Assembly (NCBI GenBank): GCA_963757235.1 | Contig: CAVWRC010000010.1 | Coordinates: 218,009 to 282,008, forward strand | Length of the DNA: 64,000 nt | DNA from: an uncultured Solirubrobacterales bacterium | Lineage (GTDB): Bacteria > Actinomycetota > Thermoleophilia > Solirubrobacterales > Solirubrobacteraceae | Direction: 5' to 3' | Shown: positions 26,620 to 36,100 of the stretch, piece after piece | How the letters are laid out: every line of letters starts with the position of its first letter | Position numbering within the stretch: the first letter of the stretch is position 1 | Notes under the pieces: model-generated | What the model was told of the DNA's origin: nothing | The model's input: the letters and a program-made list of their open reading frames with translations, nothing else | The model's database searches: none | Program-made: the position numbers and the translations under genes

Positions 26620-26994
26620 ATGAGCCTCCTTCACACCTGCTACCGAATCACCGACATCGACCGCTCGGTCGCGTTCTACGAGGCGCTGGGATTCGAGGAG
26701 CGCCGGCGCATGCCGATCCGCGACGAGGCGATCAACGTGTTCATGAGCCTGCCCGACGATGGGCCCGAGCCGCGCCTCGAGCTGACCTACAACTTCGGCG
26801 TCGACTCGTATGAGCTCGGCACGGCGTACGGCCACATCGCCATCGCCGCGCCGGACCTCGATGCGACGCTGGCGCGCCTGGCCGAGTTGGGCATCGAGCC
26901 GGAACGCCCGCCCTACACGGTCAGCGACGGCGGCAGCCGCCTGTGCTTCGTCCGCGACCCGGACAACTACCGAGTCGAACTGATCGAGCGCTAG
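26620..26994 (+). CDS. gloA: lactoylglutathione lyase / VOC family
   Basis: HTCYRITDIDRS..FY, LELTYN, YGHIAI, DPDNYRVELIE. Confidence 0.85.
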   Translation: MSLLHTCYRITDIDRSVAFYEALGFEERRRMPIRDEAINVFMSLPDDGPEPRLELTYNFGVDSYELGTAYGHIAIAAPDLDATLARLAELGIEPERPPYTVSDGGSRLCFVRDPDNYRVELIER

Positions 26995-27007
26995 CCTTCG
27001 GCGAGTC

Positions 27008-27346
27008 GTGGCCGAACCGAGCAAGATCGCCATCCTCCTGCGGCAGGTTGCGATGGCCGTAAATGCCCACGATCGCGAAAACCCGGATCACAACACCTGG
27101 GGGATCGGGATGGCGCATTTCGACATCGAGCGGCTCGGGCTCGACGAAGGCGAGGAGCTGATCCCGGGGATCGTGCTCCAGGCCGACGGCGGCCAGACTG
27201 GCCAGTTCCGCATCCTGTGCGACGGCCAGCACGACCAGGGAGAGGTCGAGGAAGAGGAAGAGATCGTGGACGCCGTGGCCGAGCGAGAGCTGGCCGAACC
27301 CCTGCAGGCGCCAGGACCGGCGCCGCGGATCACGCCTCCGCTCTAG
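27008..27346 (+). CDS. hypothetical protein with acidic tail
   Basis: 112-aa ORF, co-directional with its neighbours. Confidence 0.7.
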   Translation: MAEPSKIAILLRQVAMAVNAHDRENPDHNTWGIGMAHFDIERLGLDEGEELIPGIVLQADGGQTGQFRILCDGQHDQGEVEEEEEIVDAVAERELAEPLQAPGPAPRITPPL

Positions 27347-27365
27347 GGACCACCCGGCAAGGCAT

Positions 27366-28256
27366 GTGACCTACTCGATCGTCGCCCGCGATCCGGACAC
27401 TGGGGAACTCGGCGTCGCGGTCCAGTCGCACTGGTTCTCGGTCGGCTCGGTCGTCACCTGGGCGCGCCCGGGCGTCGGCGCGCTCGCCACGCAGGCCAAT
27501 GCCGAGGTCTCGTATGGCCCCCGTGACCTCGATCTCCTGAGCCAGGGCGTCTCGGCGCCGGACGCGCTGGCGCGCGTGGTGGCCGAGGACCCGCGCGGCG
27601 CCTCGCGCCAGGTAGCGGTGGTGGACGCGCAGGGCCGGGTCGGTGCCCACACCGGTTCAAACTGCATTCAGTACGCCGGGCACGTGACCGGCGACGGCGT
27701 CTCCTGCCAGGCCAACATAATGGCCTCTGAGCGCGTGTGGCCGGCGATGCTTGCGGCCTTCGAGGCGAGCGCCGGCTCGCTCACCGGACGGCTGATGAGT
27801 GCGTTGGAGGCCGCCGAGCGCGAGGGCGGTGACATCCGCGGTCGGCAATCCGCGGCGATCCTGGTCGTGCCCGCTGATGGCGAGCCCTGGCAGACCGTGG
27901 TCTCCCTGCGCGTCGAGGACCATCCCGAGCCCCTGTCCGAGCTGCGCAGGCTCATTGCGCTGCACGACGCCTACGCGCTGGCCGGGGCGGCCGACGACCT
28001 GCTGAACGCGGGCCGCCACGACGAGGCGAACGCTCTGTACGAGCGCGCCAACCAGCTCGCGCCCGACAACCACGAGCTGATGGTCTGGGCCGGGCTCGGC
28101 GCCGCCGCGGGCGGCGACCTGGACGCCGGGGTGGCCAAGATCCGGTCGGCGATCGCGATTCACCCCGCCTGGAGTGAGCTCCTGCCGCGGCTGCCGGCCG
28201 CCCTCGCGCCGGCCGCCCCGGCCGTGCTCAGAGCGCTGGCCGCGGACCCCGGCTAG
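27366..28256 (+). CDS. DUF1028 family (Ntn-hydrolase-like) protein
   Basis: MTYSIVARD...GVAVQS, GGDIRGRQSAA, LRVEDHPEPL. Confidence 0.9.
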   Translation: MTYSIVARDPDTGELGVAVQSHWFSVGSVVTWARPGVGALATQANAEVSYGPRDLDLLSQGVSAPDALARVVAEDPRGASRQVAVVDAQGRVGAHTGSNCIQYAGHVTGDGVSCQANIMASERVWPAMLAAFEASAGSLTGRLMSALEAAEREGGDIRGRQSAAILVVPADGEPWQTVVSLRVEDHPEPLSELRRLIALHDAYALAGAADDLLNAGRHDEANALYERANQLAPDNHELMVWAGLGAAAGGDLDAGVAKIRSAIAIHPAWSELLPRLPAALAPAAPAVLRALAADPG

Positions 28257-29220
28257 CGTCCCCGTGCGCGCTGGCGCCACGCCCCGCGGCCTGCTGCTCG
28301 CGAATCGCCTCGCGCGTCTGGCCCTGAATCTGGCGCCAGGCCGTGCGGGCCTGGCGCAAAGCCTTGACCACCTGCGCGCGGGCCTCGTCGGCCGCCTGGG
28401 CCGCCTCGAGCACCTGCTGCTTAGTGCGCCGACCGTGGGTCGGCAGGTTGAAGGACCACAGCCCGGTTTCCAGCAGCCGCGCAGCGCGGTCGAGGTCGGC
28501 GAGCACGGCGTCGCGCAGTTCCTGCGCGCGTAGCCCTTCCTCGATGTAGCGCACCCGCGCCCGAAGGGCGACCCCGCCCAGCCCGCTCAACGCCCGGGCC
28601 GCGATCAGCGGCTCGGGATCGCGCGGGTCGACCTCGGCGCGGGCAGCGAGTGCCTCGGCGGCCGCCGTGATGATCCGGTCGTTCATCTCGAGCCAGGCGG
28701 CGCGCAGCGCCGGCGTCGACTCGATCAGCGCGATGAACCTGGGCAGGAAGATGACGAGGTCGTCCGGCACCTCATCGAAGCGCTCCATGTCCTTCTTCAT
28801 CGCGGCCACCACGGCGGTGGTGAGCGACTCGTTCGACGGGCAATCCCGGATCACCTGGGCCAGGCTCTCGATCGTCTCGTCGGCCCAGTCGAGGACCATC
28901 GACTCCTTGGTCGGGAAGTAGTTGTAGACCGTCTTCTCGGACACGCCGACCACGTCGGCGATCGTCGAGACCTTGACGTTGTCGAACCCGCGGCTCGCGA
29001 ACAGGATCGTCGCCACATCCGAGATCCGCTGCCGCGTCAGCCGCCGCTTGCGCTCGCGCAGGCCCTCATCCGGACTGCGCCGCAGAGCCATCGTCTCCTG
29101 GAAGCGGCGCACCCGGCGAAGCGAATCGGCCAGCTCCTCGCCCAGCTCAGCGGTCAACACCCGGTGAACCCGGTCGTCGCTGAACGGTTCCTCGAGCGCA
29201 TCTTCGTCAACGGTGCTCAT
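28228..29220 (-). CDS. TetR-family regulator with N- and C-terminal extensions
   Basis: GLRERKRR...LFASRGFDNV...IADVVGVSEKTVYNYFPTKE. Confidence 0.9.
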   Translation of the reverse strand: MSTVDEDALEEPFSDDRVHRVLTAELGEELADSLRRVRRFQETMALRRSPDEGLRERKRRLTRQRISDVATILFASRGFDNVKVSTIADVVGVSEKTVYNYFPTKESMVLDWADETIESLAQVIRDCPSNESLTTAVVAAMKKDMERFDEVPDDLVIFLPRFIALIESTPALRAAWLEMNDRIITAAAEALAARAEVDPRDPEPLIAARALSGLGGVALRARVRYIEEGLRAQELRDAVLADLDRAARLLETGLWSFNLPTHGRRTKQQVLEAAQAADEARAQVVKALRQARTAWRQIQGQTREAIREQQAAGRGASAHGDASRGPRPAL

Positions 29221-29234
29221 CCCCAGAGCATATT

Positions 29235-29269
29235 CAGTGACTTCAGTTGCAGAAATTTTTCAGTCACTG
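29235..29269. promoter_or_regulatory. inverted repeat (candidate TetR operator)
   Basis: CAGTGACT-N19-AGTCACTG just upstream of the TATGCT -10 box of the tetR gene. Confidence 0.55.
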
Positions 29270-29327
29270 TAGAGTTCTGGTGCATGAACGAAAACGCTGT
29301 CATCGAAGCGCGGCGATCTGCGGGGGC

Positions 29328-30044
29328 TCAGGCCGGCTGCCCAGCCGGTTGCTGCACCTCGCCGTTGCGCACGCGCCACTCGCCGAGCACCATCAGCGAC
29401 CCGTCGATGATCCGGTCGACGTACATCTTCGAATCGTTCAGGCGCGGGAACGGCGTGTCGGGCACGTCGACCTCGAGGAATCGGCACAGTGGCTCCCATC
29501 CCTCGCCGACGCTCCACACGAGCAGCCGGTCCTCGGGGATGTTGCGCTGGACTTGCTCCTGGTATCGGGTAATCGCGTCGCCGAGTTGGCCAGGCGAGAT
29601 CTCGGGGCCGCTGAAGATGCCCTGAGCCGCCCACATCCTGCCCATGAGCCGTATGTAGTGCTGCCAGTTGGGGTCGACGAGCTCGCGCGCCTTCGAGATA
29701 TGGGCCGCCGCCGAGTGGCCATAGATGGTGTCCCAGATCGTGGTGCGCATGCTCTTCTCCCACGCCTCCGGATCGCGGACGCTGAGCACCACCTTCGCGT
29801 CCGGGTAGGCGTCGGCCAGCTCGCGATAGAAGAACGCACCGGGCCAATCGACGGTCGACTCGTGCTCGCCGAAGATCCCGTCCCAATCGGGTTCCCCGTC
29901 GAGCGCCGCCTCCCACTGCTGCGACAGCGGCAAGTTGGTGAGGACGTTCACCATGTGGTAGCAGGGACCGAAGCCGAGCGTCTCGAGCGCGACCTTCTGA
30001 GAAAGCGTGCCGGTACGCGGCAGTCCGGCGCCAATGACCTTCAT
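29328..30044 (-). CDS. sulfotransferase-family (P-loop) protein
   Basis: MKVIGAGLPRTGTLS, CYHM, VDWP, VLSVRD, FPRLND; RBS AGGAGG. Confidence 0.88.
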   Translation of the reverse strand: MKVIGAGLPRTGTLSQKVALETLGFGPCYHMVNVLTNLPLSQQWEAALDGEPDWDGIFGEHESTVDWPGAFFYRELADAYPDAKVVLSVRDPEAWEKSMRTTIWDTIYGHSAAAHISKARELVDPNWQHYIRLMGRMWAAQGIFSGPEISPGQLGDAITRYQEQVQRNIPEDRLLVWSVGEGWEPLCRFLEVDVPDTPFPRLNDSKMYVDRIIDGSLMVLGEWRVRNGEVQQPAGQPA

Positions 30045-30550
30045 GTACGTCCTCCTGTTTGGTTTGGCTCGGCGACGATGACGTGATAGCCGAGGTGAAG
30101 CTCGCTCGCGGTCAGCAGCGAACGGTGTTTGTTCAGCCACCTACCGGTCTCGAGGTCGGCGGCAAGCGCGCCAAGGCCCCGGTCCACCGCGTCGGAGCTT
30201 AGCTGTGCGAAGACCGAGATGCCCGCCCGCACCTCGGGGCCCAGATAGGCCTCGGGCCGGCGCCAGAACGCTCCGTAGGAGCCGTCGGTGCAGTCGCCCG
30301 GGACCGGAACGGGGATCAGCTCAGCGTCCCCGAGGACGCTCCGCAGCTCCTCCTCCCACACGCCGGGCTTCGGTACCGCGGCGGGATCACGTCGAGGAAG
30401 TCGGGCAGACACTCGGGCCCGGCCCTGCACGACGCGAGTGGCTCCCGGCGGGCGCTGCGCGATCATCACCGGCGAGGGCTCGAGTGCGACCACTTCGCGA
30501 TCGCCGGGCTCGTAGCCACCAAGCCCGGTTATGTCAAACGAACCGCTCAT
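30041..30550 (-). pseudogene. internally deleted class I SAM-dependent methyltransferase remnant
   Basis: Keeps YEPGDREVVALEPSPVMIAQRP and VPVPGDCTDG..AFWRRPEAYL...DL, but lacks an intact GxGxG and the central segment. Confidence 0.65.
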
Positions 30551-32154
30551 GGGTCGATGAGCACTCCGGGATTAAGTGCTCCCGTCGGGTCGAGCGCGGC
30601 CTTGGTCGCCCGCAGCGCCGCCGCGAACAGCTCGGGCCGCTGGCGGTCATACCAAGGACGGTGCTCGCGCCCCACCGCGTGGTGGTGGGTGATCGTCCCC
30701 CCACCGTCGATCACGGCGTCCGACGCCGCCCGCTTGATCTGCGTCCACTGCTCGAGCTCGCCGCCGCGGTGGGCCGGCGCGAGGACCGTGTAGTAGGCGG
30801 CCGGTCCGTCCGGATAGACATGGGTAAAGCGGCACGTCACCGTCCCCCCGCCGGAGACCTCGCGGACTGCCTCGGAGACGTCTGCGAGCAAGCGCGCGTG
30901 GAACGCCGGGAAGCGATCCCAGGTGATCGCGGTCTCGAAAGTCTCGGACAGCACTCCGATGGCTATGAACACATCGCGCAGGTAAGGGGCGCGCAGGAAG
31001 GCCTCGCGCCAGCTGCCGACCGCCTCGCCCGAGGACCGCTCAGAGCCTCCGGATCCGCGCCGCTCAAACGTCCCCCCGTGGTCGGCGCAGATCTCGAGCG
31101 CCGTCGTCATCCACCCCTCGACGTCGTGCTCGGCCGACTCGAAGCCCAACACGAGCAGCGCGTGCGATCCGTCGCCGGCCGGGACGGCCCCGGTAACTTC
31201 GGCCTCGCGCGCGTCGATCAGCCGGCAGTTGGTCGGATAGAGGCCCGACTGCGAGAGGGCCCTGACCGCCTCGGCCCCGGTCATGAAGTCGCTGAACCGA
31301 ACCGGGGCCGACGCCCGAAACGCCGGGCGGCGGCGGACCCGTACCCACGCCTCGGTGATCACCCCGAGCGTTCCCTCCGAACCGATCAGCAGCCGGTCGG
31401 GTGAGACGCCGGCCCCCGAGCCTGGCAACCGCCGCGACTCCCAGACGCCCGTGGGCGTGAGCGCCTGCACCGACTCGACGAGATCATCGATATGCGTGTA
31501 AAGCGTGGCGAAGTGGCCGCCCGCACGGGTGGCGATCCACCCGCCCAGGGTCGAGAACCGAAACGACTGGGGAAAGTGGCGCAACGTCAACCCGTGCGCG
31601 CCGAGCTGCTGCTCGAGTCCCGGTCCCAGGGCACCGGCCTGGATCCGCGCCGACAGCGACACCGGGTCGACCTCGAGCACTTGGTCGAGCGCTTTGAGGT
31701 CGATCGTGACGACACCCGCACGGTCCTCGCAGCCGGTGGACGCCTCGACGCCGCCGACCACGCTGGTGCCGCCGCCGAACGGAATCACCGCAGCGCCGGC
31801 CGACACCGCCCAGTCGAGAACCCGCTGCAGGTCCGGCTCGTCGCGTGGGTGGGCGACCACGTCGGGCGGGTGGTCGAACCGACCCCGGAAGGCCCGTACG
31901 ACGTCGGCGTAGGAGCGGCCGTAGCAATGCAGCGCGCGCTCGTAGTCGTCGGACGCACAGATGCCGGCGAGCGCAGCGGGCGCGACCAGCCGCGGGGCCG
32001 GCAACGACACCTTCGCCAGAGGGACCGGCTCCTCGGGCTCGGTCGACCCGAAGCCGAGCCGCTCGACCAGGAACCCGGCCGCGCCACGCAACTCCTCCGG
32101 GGAGGGCTGCTCGTCCTCGAACCCCCACCCCCAGTGCTTGCGGCGTCGCTGCAC
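30547..32154 (-). CDS. FAD-binding oxidoreductase, alkyl-DHAP synthase-like
   Basis: PFGGGTSVVGG, RHFPQSFRFSTLGGWIATRAGGH, GSEGTLGVIT, THHHAVG. Confidence 0.88.
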   Translation of the reverse strand: MQRRRKHWGWGFEDEQPSPEELRGAAGFLVERLGFGSTEPEEPVPLAKVSLPAPRLVAPAALAGICASDDYERALHCYGRSYADVVRAFRGRFDHPPDVVAHPRDEPDLQRVLDWAVSAGAAVIPFGGGTSVVGGVEASTGCEDRAGVVTIDLKALDQVLEVDPVSLSARIQAGALGPGLEQQLGAHGLTLRHFPQSFRFSTLGGWIATRAGGHFATLYTHIDDLVESVQALTPTGVWESRRLPGSGAGVSPDRLLIGSEGTLGVITEAWVRVRRRPAFRASAPVRFSDFMTGAEAVRALSQSGLYPTNCRLIDAREAEVTGAVPAGDGSHALLVLGFESAEHDVEGWMTTALEICADHGGTFERRGSGGSERSSGEAVGSWREAFLRAPYLRDVFIAIGVLSETFETAITWDRFPAFHARLLADVSEAVREVSGGGTVTCRFTHVYPDGPAAYYTVLAPAHRGGELEQWTQIKRAASDAVIDGGGTITHHHAVGREHRPWYDRQRPELFAAALRATKAALDPTGALNPGVLIDP

Positions 32155-32179
32155 AAATCGCGACGGTACCTTGTGGTGC

Positions 32180-32830
32180 GTGGGCGTATCTGACGGCCTG
32201 CTTGCCCGTGGCCCCTGGGATCCCGACCAGGTGGTCGTCAGCTGGCGTAGTGATGCGTTCGAACCACCCGGCGAGGCGACCGACGCCGCCGACGTTGCCC
32301 TGGCGGCCCTGCGCAGTCGCGGCTCGCCGAGCTACGACGGACTGGCGGCCCGTCTGGTCGGCTTCGAAGCGACACCGGACCGGCTCTCGCTCGAGCTCCA
32401 GCCGGCGCGCTGGGCGCTGCGCCTGATTCCCGACGGCGGGGCCCGGAGCTTGTCGATCCTTTGCACGGTCCGCGCCGCCGACGGCAGCTGGCTGGCCGGG
32501 CGGCGTGCGCAGTGGGTAGCCACCTGGGCCGGCCGATGGGCGCTCGGCGCCGGCGGCTCGGTCGAGGTCGACGAGAACCCGGCTGACACGATGGGTCGCG
32601 AGCTGCTCGAGGAATGGTCGGTCGAGCCGGAGCGGCTACGTATCGAGGCGCTCATTCAGATCCCCGGTCAGTCGGTGCTGGTGGTGGGGCAGGCCTGGCT
32701 GGCCGACGGCGCCACCGTTGTTCCCGATCACGAGCACGACGAGTTCGCCTGGTGGCCGGCCGACCCGGCGATGTGGCCCGGGGAGGCCGATCCGGCCCTC
32801 CGCCACGTGGCCACCCTAGTCTCGAGCTGA
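32180..32830 (+). CDS. NUDIX-domain protein
   Basis: GGSVEVDENPADTMGRELLEEW Nudix-like box; GTG 32180 with TACCTT 7 nt upstream. Confidence 0.75.
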   Translation: MGVSDGLLARGPWDPDQVVVSWRSDAFEPPGEATDAADVALAALRSRGSPSYDGLAARLVGFEATPDRLSLELQPARWALRLIPDGGARSLSILCTVRAADGSWLAGRRAQWVATWAGRWALGAGGSVEVDENPADTMGRELLEEWSVEPERLRIEALIQIPGQSVLVVGQAWLADGATVVPDHEHDEFAWWPADPAMWPGEADPALRHVATLVSS

Positions 32831-32836
32831 GGGCTG

Positions 32837-33190
32837 ATGCGGACGACCAGCTTCACCCGGACGGTCACCTTCGGCCGTCTGGAGATCGTGTCCTTCACGC
32901 ACTCGTGCGTCTATCTGTCCTTGCTCGTCTGCGCCTTCGTACTCCACAACCCACAGCCCGAGACCTTCGTGCTGGGCCTGGCCCACGGCCTGATTTGGAT
33001 CGGGATGTCGCTGGTGTGCATCGCCGCCGCCCGCGCGCGAATCGTCCCCTACTGGCTCGCCGTCACGGTCGCCGTGCTCGGCGGCCTGGGCCCGTTTGCG
33101 GGCTCGATCGGGTTCGTGATCGAGGACCGGCGGCGTAGGCAGCGCTCGGTTTCCCGGCTACCCTTGAACGCAGCAGATGGCAGTCAGTAG
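32837..33190 (+). CDS. small membrane protein (DUF3817-like)
   Basis: Three TM helices, GLAHG and GPFAG motifs. Confidence 0.7.
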   Translation: MRTTSFTRTVTFGRLEIVSFTHSCVYLSLLVCAFVLHNPQPETFVLGLAHGLIWIGMSLVCIAAARARIVPYWLAVTVAVLGGLGPFAGSIGFVIEDRRRRQRSVSRLPLNAADGSQ

Positions 33191-36100
33191 CGGAACTGTC
33201 CAGGTAGTTATGCCGGCGATGGGTGACTCCGTCGCCGAAGGCACCGTGCTCGAATGGCGCAAGCAGGAGGGCGACAGCGTCCAGGCCGACGAAACGCTCG
33301 TCGAGATCTCGACCGACAAGGTCGATGCCGAGGTCCCCTCACCCGCCGCTGGCCGGGTAGTAAAGATCTACGCCGCCGAAGGCGACACCGTCGCGGTCGG
33401 TGCCCCGCTCGCCGAGATATCGACCAACGGCGACGGCGCTGAAAACGGGTCCGAGGTGCCTGCGACGGGAGTGGGCGTGACACCGGTTTCCGGCGAATCT
33501 CCTCCCGCGACGGCGGCGGAGGCAGTGGCCAGCGCGACCACCGAGGCCGAGGGGGTGGCGGCCGCCCAGGCGTCGACCGGCGAGCTGATCGACATCGTCA
33601 CGCCGACCGGCGGCGAGTCGGTCACCGAGGGCACGATCCTTGAGTGGAGCGTCAAGGTCGGCGACGTCGTCAAGCAGGGCGACACCGTGGTCGAGATCTC
33701 GACCGACAAGGTCGACATGGAGCTACCCGCCCCCGCCACCGGGACGATTGCCGAGATCCTGGCGCAGGACGGAGAGACGGTCAGCGTCGGGCAGGTGATC
33801 GCGCGGATGCAGGCCTCAAGCGGCGCCCCCAGGTGTTCCGCCAGCAACGGCGCACCGGCATCAGGTGCCACGTCGACGGGGTCTGGGACAGCGCCCGTGC
33901 TAACCGACGGCGGCTCGAATGCGTCTCCGGTCGCCCGCCGCGTCGCGGCCCAGCAGGGCGTCGACCTCTCTGCATTGACCGGAACCGCGCGCGGCGGCCG
34001 GATCGTCAAGGCCGACGTGCTCGCGGCCAAGGGAAATGGTGTCCCGCGCGCCCCCGGCGCAACCGCCACGGCGACCGCGCCGGCAGCGGCCACGTCTGAG
34101 AAACCCGCCGGCGCTCAGCTGATCAAGGGCGGAGCGGCCGCACTCGCGCGGTACATGGACGAGAGCCGCTCGATCCCGACCGCGACCTCGTTCCGCACCC
34201 TCACGGTCACCACCCTGGCGCAGCGCCGCGAACAGCTCAAGCAAGCCGGCCTCCGCGTCTCATTCACCCACCTGGTCGCCTACGCGATTGCGCGCGCCGC
34301 GACAGACGACATGGCGGTCATGGCGCACCACTTCGCCGACATCGACGGCAAGCCGCACCGGATCGACGACGGCGCCTGCAACCTCGGGCTCGCCGTCGAC
34401 GTCGAGAAGAAGGACGGCAGCCGCACGCTGATGGTCCCGGTGATCCGGGACGCCGGCCGCCAGAGCTTCAAGGAGTTCCTGGACGCCTACAACGAACTCG
34501 TCGAGAAGGCGCGGACGAACACGCTGACCGCCGACGACCTGACCGGAGCCAACCTGTCGCTGACCAACCCGGGCGGGATCGGCACGATCGCCTCCGTCCC
34601 GCGGCTGATGGTCGGCCAGGGCACGATCGTCGCCACGGGCGCGATCGGCTATCCCCCCGGCCTGGGCGCGATCGGCGAAGCGATCGGGGCCGAGAAGGTC
34701 ATGACCATGACCTCGACCTACGACCACAGGATCATCCAGGGCGCCGAGTCGGGCCGTTTCCTACAGCGGATCGAGGCGCTGCTTGCAGGCGAGGAGGGCT
34801 TCTACGAGCAGGTGTTCGGCGATCTAGGAGTGGCGCTGCCCGCCCTCGCGCCCCCGAAGAGCCCTCCGACCCCGGTCGCCGCCGCCGGCCCGGCCGCCAC
34901 CGACACTGGCGCGCCGCCGGCGCCCGGCGCAATGCCCGACGAGGAGCTGATGCAAGCGGTCCAGGCCGCGACCTCGCTGCTCAAGGCCCACCGCACGCAC
35001 GGGCACCTCGCTGCCCGGCTCGACCCGCTCGGCCGCGAGCCCGAGGGCGACCCGGCGCTCGATCCTCAGCCACTCGGGCTGTCCCCCGAGTTGATGGAGC
35101 GGATCCCGGCCCACATCCTGCGCATGTACGTCCAGGGCGAGAACCTGGCCGACGCGCTGCCCCACCTGCGCGAGACGTACTGCGGGCCGATCGCCTATGA
35201 GATCGAGCACATCGCCTCACATCGCCAGCGGCTGTGGCTGCGCGAGGCGATCGAGTCGGGCCGCTTCCGCCCGCCGCTCTCGACCGACGAGCAGAAGACG
35301 CTGCTGCGGCGCCTGACCGAGGTCGACGCGCTCGAGCGGTTCATGCACAAGGCATACCTCGGCCAGAAACAGTTCTCGATCGAGGGTCTCGACATGACCG
35401 TCCCGATGCTCGACGAGCTGATCCAGCTGTCCGCCACGCGCGGCGCGCGGGAGGTCGTGATCGGCATGGCTCACCGCGGGCGGTTGAACGTGCTCGCGCA
35501 CAACTTGGGCCGCCCGTACGACTCGATCTTCGCCGAGTTCGAGGGCTCCTCGACGCTTGAGCCGATCACCACGATTCCCCATGGCGGCACCGGCGACGTC
35601 AAGTACCACCACGGCGCTCAGGGCGCCTATCAGCTCCCGAGCGGCGAGTCGATCATCGTCCGCCTTGAGTCAAATCCGTCGCATCTGGAGTTCGTGGCCC
35701 CGGTGGCTGCGGGCGCGACGCGAGCGGCCCAGACGACCCGCCAGGGACCGCACGCCCACCGCGAAACCAACGCGGCCGTCCCGATCATCCTGCACGGCGA
35801 CGCGGCGTTCCCGGGCCAAGGTGTGGTCGCGGAGACCCTCAATCTGCAGGCGCTCGATGGCTACACGGTCGGCGGGACGATCCACATAATCCAAAATAAT
35901 CAGGTCGGTTTCACCACCGACCCGGACGACGCGCGCTCGACCACATGGGCCTCGGATCTGGCCAAGGGCTTCGACGTCCCGATCATCCACGTCAACGCCG
36001 ATGACGTGCCCGCGTGCATTGCGGCGGTCCGGCTCGCCTTCGCCTTCCGGCAGGAGTTCGGGCACGACGTGCTCATCGACCTGATCGGGTACCGCCGCTT

